Below are positions 25,548-33,139 of a stretch of 53,129 nucleotides of DNA, piece after piece. Under the pieces are notes generated by a model, which was given only the letters and a program-made list of their open reading frames with translations, ran no database searches and was not told the DNA's origin. The stretch comes from an uncultured Planctomycetia bacterium. GTDB lineage: Bacteria > Omnitrophota > Gorgyraeia > Pluralincolimonadales > CAZUZR01. Position 1 is the first letter of the stretch; each line of letters begins with the position of its first letter. The position numbers and the translations under genes are program-made. The stretch covers positions 1,456 to 54,584 of the forward strand of contig CAZUZR010000001.1 in assembly GCA_964625025.1 (NCBI GenBank), in the 5' to 3' direction.

Positions 25548-26361
25548 TTACTTTTTCGAGCGCCCTTCTCTCTTCTTCCAGAAATCTTTTGTTCCTCAAA
25601 AGTAATTCATCGAAGTCAACTTTAAATCCATCGAAATCAGGGCCATCCACGCAAGAAAAATGGACCTTGCCGCTAACTGTAACTCGGCAGGTCCCGCACA
25701 TACCGGTTGCGTCTAATAAAATCGCGTTTAAGCTGACAATCGTAGTAATATTTTTAGGCCTTGCAACTTCAGTAACCGCCTTCATCATAAGGATTGGCCC
25801 ACAGCAGATTATTCTATCAATTGGCCCTCCGCGCTCAATTAATCTCTTAAGCGCATCTGTAACTAAGCCCTTCATTCCGTAACTGCCATCGTCGGTTGTA
25901 ATCGTGATTTCGTCCGCAACTCTTCTCATCTCATCTTCCAGGATTATCAAATCCTTGCTACGGGCACCTAATATCGCAATTACCTTATTGTCCTTATCTT
26001 TTAATGCGCGCGCAACCGGATATAACTGCGCAACCCCAACGCCGCCGCCGATTATCGCTACAGTTCCGTATCTTTCAATCTCACTGGGAGTACCTAAGGG
26101 ACCTAAGATATCTAAAATTTCGTCTCCGACGTTAAGCGCGCATAAATCCTTTGTTGACCTTCCCACCTCCTGAACGATTAGCGTTATCGCGCCATTTGAT
26201 TTATCGCAATTACAAATTGTAAGTGGAATCCGCTCTGCGAATTCATCCGTTCGCACTATTACGTACTGCCCCGCGCTTGCTCCCCGCACAACCAACGGCG
26301 CTTCAACTACAAGGCGGGATATGCCTTTCGCTAAAACTTTTTTTTCCGTTATCCTATGCAT
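25486..26361 (-). CDS. nfnA: NfnA / SudB-like FAD and [2Fe-2S] electron-transfer subunit
   Basis: Ferredoxin-reductase-type fold and a C-terminal cluster motif, GMCGTCRV...FSCVDGP. The 3' end overlaps nfnB by 62 nt. Confidence 0.75.
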   Translation of the reverse strand: MHRITEKKVLAKGISRLVVEAPLVVRGASAGQYVIVRTDEFAERIPLTICNCDKSNGAITLIVQEVGRSTKDLCALNVGDEILDILGPLGTPSEIERYGTVAIIGGGVGVAQLYPVARALKDKDNKVIAILGARSKDLIILEDEMRRVADEITITTDDGSYGMKGLVTDALKRLIERGGPIDRIICCGPILMMKAVTEVARPKNITTIVSLNAILLDATGMCGTCRVTVSGKVHFSCVDGPDFDGFKVDFDELLLRNKRFLEEERRALEKVNGKRNNSTTKIEDARSEGKD

Positions 26362-26367
26362 TTAATA

Positions 26368-27339
26368 TTATTGCTCCGAGTAGATTTGCTTTCTATAACT
26401 TGCCTCTATAGCTTTTACTAAATCCCTTAGAACCGAGTTTACAGGTGTGGAAATCTCTAAATTCTCTCCCTCGCTTACAATCGCGCCGTTTATATAATCT
26501 ACCTCCGTTCTTTTACTCTTCAGGATATCCTGTAACATCGATGAGAGGTTATCCGCCGTTGAAGAGCAAACCGACTCAACCTTCTTTACTGGATCTGAAT
26601 ATATGAGGCTTATCCGTCGACGCTTGGCGACCTTCGTCGCCTCCAATACCGCCTGCCTCATAATATTTCTCGTCCACTCATATTCTAAAAGGCCGCCATT
26701 TTTAAGGCGGGTTATAGCGGTTAATGCATTTATTCCGACATTTATTATTAATTTAGACCAGATTATCTCCTTAATATTATCTGAGACCTTCGTCTCAAAA
26801 TTCGCTTTTCTTAAAACTGCCGCCACTTCCTCAAGCCTGCGTCGCGGGATCTGCCATTTTTTAATGCCCTTGCGCATAGGTGGCTGATACCACCTGCCAA
26901 TTATAGTTTCGCCTTTTCCAGCGTGCCGTATATGCCCATCCCCTAAAGATGTTGAGCCATGGGATGTTACCCCGCCGATAACTTTCTCCTGGCCCACTAT
27001 CTCTGCGATTGCCTCGATATTTCCAAGTCCGTTTTGCAATGTCAAAACTAAAGCATTATCTCCGACGATGGCTTTCGCATTTTTGGTCGCTTCTTCTGTA
27101 TTATAGGATTTAACGCAGATTATAACTAAGTCTGATGCTTTAATTTCTTTCGGCTCACACGTGGCTTTCGCTTTAATATTATGTTCGCCGCTTATGCCTT
27201 CAATCTTAATCCCTTGGGTTTCCAACTTATTTGCCCGTTCAGGACGTCTATCTAAAAACCAGACATCCTCGCCTGCCTTCGCTAAAAATCCGCCGATTAA
27301 ACAACCTAATGCGCCGGGGCCTACAACGGTGATTTTCAT
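26368..27339 (-). CDS. panE: 2-dehydropantoate 2-reductase
   Basis: MKITVVGPGALG Rossmann start, ApbA/PanE length and C-terminal domain. Confidence 0.8.
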   Translation of the reverse strand: MKITVVGPGALGCLIGGFLAKAGEDVWFLDRRPERANKLETQGIKIEGISGEHNIKAKATCEPKEIKASDLVIICVKSYNTEEATKNAKAIVGDNALVLTLQNGLGNIEAIAEIVGQEKVIGGVTSHGSTSLGDGHIRHAGKGETIIGRWYQPPMRKGIKKWQIPRRRLEEVAAVLRKANFETKVSDNIKEIIWSKLIINVGINALTAITRLKNGGLLEYEWTRNIMRQAVLEATKVAKRRRISLIYSDPVKKVESVCSSTADNLSSMLQDILKSKRTEVDYINGAIVSEGENLEISTPVNSVLRDLVKAIEASYRKQIYSEQ

Positions 27340-28199
27340 CTGGCCCTCCTTTTGATTTTTAATTTCGCGACTTCCTCATCGGTCATCGTGTAGCTGAATT
27401 CCGCTGTTGGGAATACGCCCTTCTCTACCTCTTCCTTATATACCTTAAATGCCTCGAGAAGTTCAGGCCAAAGGTTCTTGTATCGCTTTACGAATTTCGG
27501 CACAAACCGCTCAAATAAACCTATCATATCATTTGTAACTAAGACCTGGCCGTCGCAATAAGGTCCAGCACCTATTCCTATCGTCGGGAAATTCAAATTT
27601 TCGGTTATCAATTTCGCAAGTTTATCCGGCACGCATTCTAAGACCACCGCGAAACACCCTGCATCCTCCAAAGCCAGGCTCGAATCTATTAATCTCTGTG
27701 CAGTCTCGGCGTCTTTACCCTGAACCTTAAACCCACCGAGCATCACCGCTGTCTGTGGCGTAAGTCCTATGTGTCCTAAAACAGGAATACCAGCAAGACA
27801 CAAAGCCTTTGTAACATCTATTACTTCAAATCCACCCTCTAATTTAACGGCATCGCATCCGCCCTCCTTAATAAACCGTCCTGCATTCCTAATCGTCTCT
27901 TCTTTACTTACATTAAACGACATAAATGGCATATCGCCGACCAAAAGCGCATATTTCACGGCGCGTTTAACCGCCCTTGAATGATGAATCATCTCATCCA
28001 TTGTTACAGGCACTGTTGATTCGTAACCCAAAACCGTCATCGCAAGCGAATCGCCGACCAGAATCATATCCATCCCCGCCTCATCTATTAAGCGGGCCGA
28101 TGGATAATCATATGCCGTAAGCATCGTAATCTTCTTTCCTTCCTGTTTCCTCTTCAGTATATCCGGAATTGTAAGTTTCTTCCGCTCCATTTTTATCAC
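27336..28199 (-). CDS. panB: 3-methyl-2-oxobutanoate hydroxymethyltransferase
   Basis: LTAYDYPSA, VGDSLAMTVLGY and KLEGG motifs. Confidence 0.9.
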   Translation of the reverse strand: MIKMERKKLTIPDILKRKQEGKKITMLTAYDYPSARLIDEAGMDMILVGDSLAMTVLGYESTVPVTMDEMIHHSRAVKRAVKYALLVGDMPFMSFNVSKEETIRNAGRFIKEGGCDAVKLEGGFEVIDVTKALCLAGIPVLGHIGLTPQTAVMLGGFKVQGKDAETAQRLIDSSLALEDAGCFAVVLECVPDKLAKLITENLNFPTIGIGAGPYCDGQVLVTNDMIGLFERFVPKFVKRYKNLWPELLEAFKVYKEEVEKGVFPTAEFSYTMTDEEVAKLKIKRRAR

Positions 28200-28216
28200 C
28201 TAGCCTTTCTCCTACC

Positions 28217-28246
28217 CGTCATTGCGAGCGAAGCGAGGCAATGACG
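28217..28246. repeat. GC-rich palindromic hairpin in the metH-panB gap
   Basis: CGTCATTGC-gagcgaagcgag-GCAATGACG, a 9-bp perfect stem, in an otherwise AT-rich 57-nt gap. Confidence 0.7.
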
Positions 28247-28256
28247 TTTAGTCCGC

Positions 28257-30692
28257 CTATTTCTTTATGAGCGATTTTACGATATTGACCGCTTCAATAG
28301 CATCGCGCGCGTATGCCGATGCGCCAATCTTCTCGGCATACTCCTTCGTTACAACTGCGCCACCCAATATCGTCTTAAAATTTAACCCCTGCTTTTTCAA
28401 CTCCTTAATTACGCGCTCCATCTGAATCATAGTCGTCGTCATAAGGGCGCTTAATCCGATTATATCCGCCTTATTTTTAATCGCCTCTTTTATTATAACA
28501 TCGGCTGGCACAGAACGGCCTAAATCGTAAATCTCGTAGCCATGATTTTCTAAAACGGATATCACAATATTCTTTCCGATATCGTGAATGTCCCCTTCGA
28601 CGGTCGCCATCAGAATTTTTGCCTTCGCCTTTGATTCGCTTGGCTTAAGTTCTTTTTTAAGTCGTCCAAAGGCGCGCTGCATCGCCTCAGCCGATAGTAT
28701 AACTTGAGGCAAAAAATATTCTTTCTTAGCGAATTTTTCACCGACTACCTCCAGCGCCGGAATTAAAATTTCGTTATTAATCTTTAATGGACTTATTCCG
28801 CCGGATAGCGCTTCCTCGACAAACGTGACGATGTTATCTTTATCCCCGTATAAAATCGCACCCTTAAGGCGTGCCCTTACATCCTTCTTATGTTCTAGTT
28901 TTGCCTTTATTCGCTTCTTTGTAATCTCCTCGACGGGCTTTAAGGCACTCGCTAAAAACTTTTTGATTTCGCTTTCGGTTGCCTTGCGTTTTATCTTAGC
29001 TTTCGCGACCCTGAACATCGCATCGTCGCTTGGATTTATAATCGCCATATCCAATCCAAAAGCGAGCGCCAAAGAGAAGAAATCCGCATTTATCCTGCCT
29101 CTATTTGGAAGCCCAAAGGAGATATTGCTAATCCCTAAAGAAGCGGGATAACCTTTCGCTTTCAATTTTTTTATTGCGTAAAGCGATTCTTTCACTTGCT
29201 CTGGTTTTGCTGAGATAGTCAAAGTTAGGGGGTCCACAGCTATATCTTCATTTGGAATCCCTAATTCAAACGCTTTATCAATAACTCGCTTGGCAATCTT
29301 CAATCGCTCATCGGAATCTTTTGGCAAACCGCATTTATCCAATGTCAAAACCAAAATCGCAGCACCATATTTCTTCGCTAAAGGTAAAATGGAATCTATC
29401 CTTTCCTTTTCGCCGTTAACCGAATTTATCAATGGCTTGCCATCTGCCTCTTTCAATGCCGCCTCAATCGCTTTTGGATTTGAGCTGTCTATTGAAAGTG
29501 GAGTTTCGCAGACTCCCTGAATCGCCTCAACCGCTTGTGCCATAGATTTTGGCTCGTCGCATCCTGGGACGCCCACATTTACATCCAAAATATCTGCGCC
29601 CTTCTTCGCCTGCTCCAGTGCCTCGCGCCTTATGATGATGGTTTTGCCCTGTTTTATCTCCTCCTGTAAATCCTTCTTTCCCGTCGGATTTATCCTCTCT
29701 CCAATGATAAGCGGCCTTGTCCTCTCATTTAACTCAACTACCTTCGAGCGCGACGATAAGCGAAATCCTGGGATATATTTCCTTTTTGTCGGCCTTCTAT
29801 TTTTTAATAATGACTTTATCCCTTTAATGTGTTCGGGCGTTGTCCCGCAACATCCGCCGATTAAATTTACCCCTAATCTTACAAACTCAACTGCATAATT
29901 CGCGAAAGACTTCGGGCTCTTTGGAAAATATGTCTTCCCTGCACGCAATTGCGGCAAGCCCGCATTCGGAAGACAAGAAATATACTTATTCGTAAATGGC
30001 ACTATCTCTTTTATAACCCGCGAGAGTTCCTTCGGGCCAGTAGAACAATTTGTGCCGATTATATCTGCGCCCAAAGCTTGGAATAGGACAGCGAAAGCAG
30101 ACGGTGGAGTCCCATAAGTAGTTTGCTTTCCTCCTTCAAAGGTCATCTGCGCCTGAATCGGAAGACCTCCAATTTCCTTCGCGGCGATAAATGCCGCCTT
30201 TAATTCTTTTATATCTGCAAATGTCTCTAAAACTATCAAATCGCACCCGCCGTCTTTTAATGCCCTTATCTGCTCTTTAAAGTACCCAACCGCCTCGTCA
30301 AAAGTTAAATCGCCCAATGGTTTTATCCCTCTATCTAAAGGCCCAACCGAACCAGCAACATAGGCCTTATCTTGCGCTATCTCCCTTGCATTCTTCGCCG
30401 CCTCATAATTTATTTTGTATGCTTGACTTTCGAGTCCGTACGCCTTTAACTTCGTTCTATTTCCGCCGAACGAATTCGTCTCAATCACATCTGCACCAGC
30501 TTTTATATAATCCAAATGAATCGATTTTATAATCTTAGGATTAGATAGATTCAATTCCTCCGGGCAGGCTCCCGCCTTTAAGGCGCCGCTCTCTTGCAAG
30601 AGCGTGCCCATCGCTCCGTCATAAATTAATATCTCATCCTTTAGCCGACTTAATATATCTTTCATATACCTTCCTAATGGGCCGCGCTCCAA
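28257..30692 (-). CDS. metH: Cobalamin-dependent methionine synthase core (Hcy-binding, pterin-binding, B12-binding domains; no activation domain)
   Basis: The Hcy S-methyltransferase domain ends GGCCGTTPEH, followed by a pterin-binding barrel and the B12 motif EGDIHDIGKN. An alternative ATG at 30665 would shorten the overlap with the upstream gene. Confidence 0.85.
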   Translation of the reverse strand: MERGPLGRYMKDILSRLKDEILIYDGAMGTLLQESGALKAGACPEELNLSNPKIIKSIHLDYIKAGADVIETNSFGGNRTKLKAYGLESQAYKINYEAAKNAREIAQDKAYVAGSVGPLDRGIKPLGDLTFDEAVGYFKEQIRALKDGGCDLIVLETFADIKELKAAFIAAKEIGGLPIQAQMTFEGGKQTTYGTPPSAFAVLFQALGADIIGTNCSTGPKELSRVIKEIVPFTNKYISCLPNAGLPQLRAGKTYFPKSPKSFANYAVEFVRLGVNLIGGCCGTTPEHIKGIKSLLKNRRPTKRKYIPGFRLSSRSKVVELNERTRPLIIGERINPTGKKDLQEEIKQGKTIIIRREALEQAKKGADILDVNVGVPGCDEPKSMAQAVEAIQGVCETPLSIDSSNPKAIEAALKEADGKPLINSVNGEKERIDSILPLAKKYGAAILVLTLDKCGLPKDSDERLKIAKRVIDKAFELGIPNEDIAVDPLTLTISAKPEQVKESLYAIKKLKAKGYPASLGISNISFGLPNRGRINADFFSLALAFGLDMAIINPSDDAMFRVAKAKIKRKATESEIKKFLASALKPVEEITKKRIKAKLEHKKDVRARLKGAILYGDKDNIVTFVEEALSGGISPLKINNEILIPALEVVGEKFAKKEYFLPQVILSAEAMQRAFGRLKKELKPSESKAKAKILMATVEGDIHDIGKNIVISVLENHGYEIYDLGRSVPADVIIKEAIKNKADIIGLSALMTTTMIQMERVIKELKKQGLNFKTILGGAVVTKEYAEKIGASAYARDAIEAVNIVKSLIKK

Positions 30693-31242
30693 TCTTGACC
30701 AAGCCGATGCAAGCGGTAACAGATTTCTCTGGAACCATTATGCAACTTTTGGTCAATCTAATGCCCAATTCTTTCGCCTTTAGAATCTTCAATATCTTCG
30801 CCTGGTCGAATATCGTCCAATCGCCATAGCCAGGGCTAAACCTTCTTAGGGTAGAGTAACCCTCTCGGCGGGCTTTCTCCTTTATTAAATCGTCAACTTT
30901 TTGAGCAAGCGCCTCAGCAGATTCAGAACCTACTGCATCCAAGACCGTCGCCCGTGCAATCTCGCCTTTTACGACATATTCATTGACTCTATTTGGCAAT
31001 TCACTTCCTATTGTGCAAGCGAACAATGCTATTTTATTTGCGCCCTTCAAATGCTTAGCCAATAAGAGGCTTTTAATTGTAAAACCTGTTCCGAGCAGTT
31101 TAATGCCCCCCTTTGATTTCTCTATGTCAAAAATCTTGTAGGAGGCCTTGGGCGCAATTAAACTATATCCTTCCTCGATGAGTTCGGATATAAGCGTGGA
31201 AACCTTTTTATCTGCCTTCGTCTTATATTTGGCGAATTTCAA
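30634..31242 (-). CDS. Stand-alone methionine synthase activation (AdoMet-binding) domain protein
   Basis: 202 aa with the SPGYGDW motif typical of the MetH reactivation module. TTG start. Confidence 0.65.
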   Translation of the reverse strand: MKFAKYKTKADKKVSTLISELIEEGYSLIAPKASYKIFDIEKSKGGIKLLGTGFTIKSLLLAKHLKGANKIALFACTIGSELPNRVNEYVVKGEIARATVLDAVGSESAEALAQKVDDLIKEKARREGYSTLRRFSPGYGDWTIFDQAKILKILKAKELGIRLTKSCIMVPEKSVTACIGLVKIGARPIRKVYERYIKSAKG

Positions 31243-31313
31243 GCGAGAAAGGACTAATTCCTTTGGGATCTTTATAGGGATATTTTTTAAGAATGTGATA
31301 ACCTTAACTCCTT

Positions 31314-31832
31314 TTAAAGGCCAGCCGCATCCAAGACTCGCGGGACGAGCTTGTTCCAGCCTATCGACATAATATGAACTCCGTGCGCCAGACCTTTCAA
31401 TTCCTTTACGAGGCGCGCTGCGAGCTCGACTGATTTTGCCTGCCTATCCTGTGCGCCTTCGATTTCTTTAATTAAATTATCCGGAACAAATATCCCTGCG
31501 ACATTTTTATTCATATATCGAGCCATATCGCCAGACTTTAGTAAGATTATCCCGGCGATTATGCAAGCATTAAAATTTTTTACCTTATCGATAAACTTCG
31601 CGAACGCTTCAACATCGTAAATGCCCTGGGTCTGAAAGAATTCAGCGCCTGCTTCAATCTTCTTCTCAAATTTTATAAGCTCAGGTTCGAGCGGATTTGC
31701 CCCTGGATTTACCACTTCTCCGCCCGTCTTGCAGACCGTCGCGCACTGTGCGCATCCGACAATGAAAATCTTTTTAGCATCGCTTAAGTAATTTAAAACT
31801 TCATCCAACGGCTTCTGTCTCGTAATTATCAT
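31314..31832 (-). CDS. metF: Chimeric ORF: MetV-like N-terminus (~39 aa) fused in frame to the C-terminal ~130 aa of methylenetetrahydrofolate reductase MetF; probably a deletion remnant
   Basis: QKPLDEVLNYLSDAKKIFIVGCAQCATVCKTGGE resembles a MetV (MTHFR_C-domain) start. The remainder (KIEAGAEFFQTQ, GIILLKS, GIFVPD, GVHIMS) matches only the distal half of the MetF barrel. The N-terminal FAD-binding half is absent. Confidence 0.55.
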   Translation of the reverse strand: MIITRQKPLDEVLNYLSDAKKIFIVGCAQCATVCKTGGEVVNPGANPLEPELIKFEKKIEAGAEFFQTQGIYDVEAFAKFIDKVKNFNACIIAGIILLKSGDMARYMNKNVAGIFVPDNLIKEIEGAQDRQAKSVELAARLVKELKGLAHGVHIMSIGWNKLVPRVLDAAGL

Positions 31833-32650
31833 ATCTTTTCCCCCGTCTGTTTTTTAAACAACTCGATGCAATTTCGCATCAGCATAACAACGGTCAGGGG
31901 GCCGACGCCGCCAGGCACCGGAGTTATGAAACTTGCCCTCTTCTTTGCCCTTTCAAATTCGACGTCGCCTACCATTTTCCGCCCGACTTTATTTATCCCC
32001 ACATCTATAACTATTGCGCCTCGTCTAACCCAATTGCCTTTTATAATATTTGGCTTGCCAACTGCAGCGACTAAAATTTCAGCGCGATTTATGTGGCCCT
32101 TGAGATACCCCCTTTTCGCCGTGCCTATATGGCAAACCGTTACAGTCGCTAACTTATCTAATAACGCCATCGCAATTGGCTTGCCGACCAATTCCCCGTG
32201 TCCGACCACAACCGTTTCTCTGCCATACGTACTTATTCCCGTTGACTTAATCAATTCAATTACCGCAGAAGCAGTCGGATTAACTCGTTCTACGTTTTTC
32301 GTCGGGCCTACGTAAGATAAAATCTCTTTTAAATCCATTCTTTTCGGAATGGGCAAGCCAATCATAATGGCAGTAATTTTTTTGTCTCTATTAAATCTTT
32401 TAATTGCCTTTATTAATTTATCCGGCGAAATCGAACGGCTAAGTTTTACCAATTTAAAAATTATGCCTATCTCTTTTGCAATAATTTCTTGCGAACGAAT
32501 ATAAATACCCTCGGCTTTATCATTACCTACTTGAACGACCGCGTGCGTCGGCACCTTGCCATATTTTTCTTTAATAAGCGCAACCTCGCGCTTCAATTGC
32601 GACTTAATTCTATTTGCTATATCTTTTCCGCTCAATAACTTCGCAAACAT
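31829..32650 (-). CDS. folD: FolD-family methylene-THF dehydrogenase homologue with divergent active site
   Basis: The C-terminal half is canonical (VVVGHGELVGKP, VIDVGIN, ITPVPGGVGPLT). The N-terminal catalytic motifs are altered: YIRSQ instead of YxxxK, GLPIP instead of QLPLP, NVERV instead of DVDGF, and about 13 aa are missing. Confidence 0.7.
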   Translation of the reverse strand: MFAKLLSGKDIANRIKSQLKREVALIKEKYGKVPTHAVVQVGNDKAEGIYIRSQEIIAKEIGIIFKLVKLSRSISPDKLIKAIKRFNRDKKITAIMIGLPIPKRMDLKEILSYVGPTKNVERVNPTASAVIELIKSTGISTYGRETVVVGHGELVGKPIAMALLDKLATVTVCHIGTAKRGYLKGHINRAEILVAAVGKPNIIKGNWVRRGAIVIDVGINKVGRKMVGDVEFERAKKRASFITPVPGGVGPLTVVMLMRNCIELFKKQTGEKI

Positions 32651-32653
32651 CTT

Positions 32654-33139
32654 TTATCTTCGTGCCTTTCTTCTATTCAATTTAACCAGATTATCCGCAA
32701 TTTCTATGGAGGTATCCAAGAGCTCTCCCGCGGCATCCAGGTCGCCTTTTAAATTCACATTGCCGACCTGCCTAAGACGTTTATAAAAAATCAAAGCGGC
32801 TTTCGATAATTTAGAAATTTCCTCAACGCAAAGCGTAGCTTTCTTAAGGGCTGTCCTCGATTTCGTTTTGGCATAACCTTCGTATGCCCTTGCATCCTTC
32901 TCTATAAGGCCGGATAATCTATTTTTTACATTATTGGCTTTGGTTAAAATCGCCTTTATCTGACTTTCGTATCGTCTATATCTGCCTTTGCCTAAGGTGT
33001 AATTTGCAACTTTTATGATGAGAGCCACCCCAAGGGCGCCAACCAATGCGGCAACTGCTCCACCGCCTGGCGAGGGCCTTTTTGCCTGCAGTTGGCTTAT
33101 GAAAAAATTTATGCTATTTTTAGAAGTTATACGTGCCAT
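32654..33139 (-). CDS. fchA: Cyclodeaminase/cyclohydrolase family protein (FchA-like methenyl-THF cyclohydrolase)
   Basis: PSPGGGAVAALVGALGVAL motif of the FTCD C-terminal domain. Short at 161 aa. Confidence 0.65.
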   Translation of the reverse strand: MARITSKNSINFFISQLQAKRPSPGGGAVAALVGALGVALIIKVANYTLGKGRYRRYESQIKAILTKANNVKNRLSGLIEKDARAYEGYAKTKSRTALKKATLCVEEISKLSKAALIFYKRLRQVGNVNLKGDLDAAGELLDTSIEIADNLVKLNRRKARR

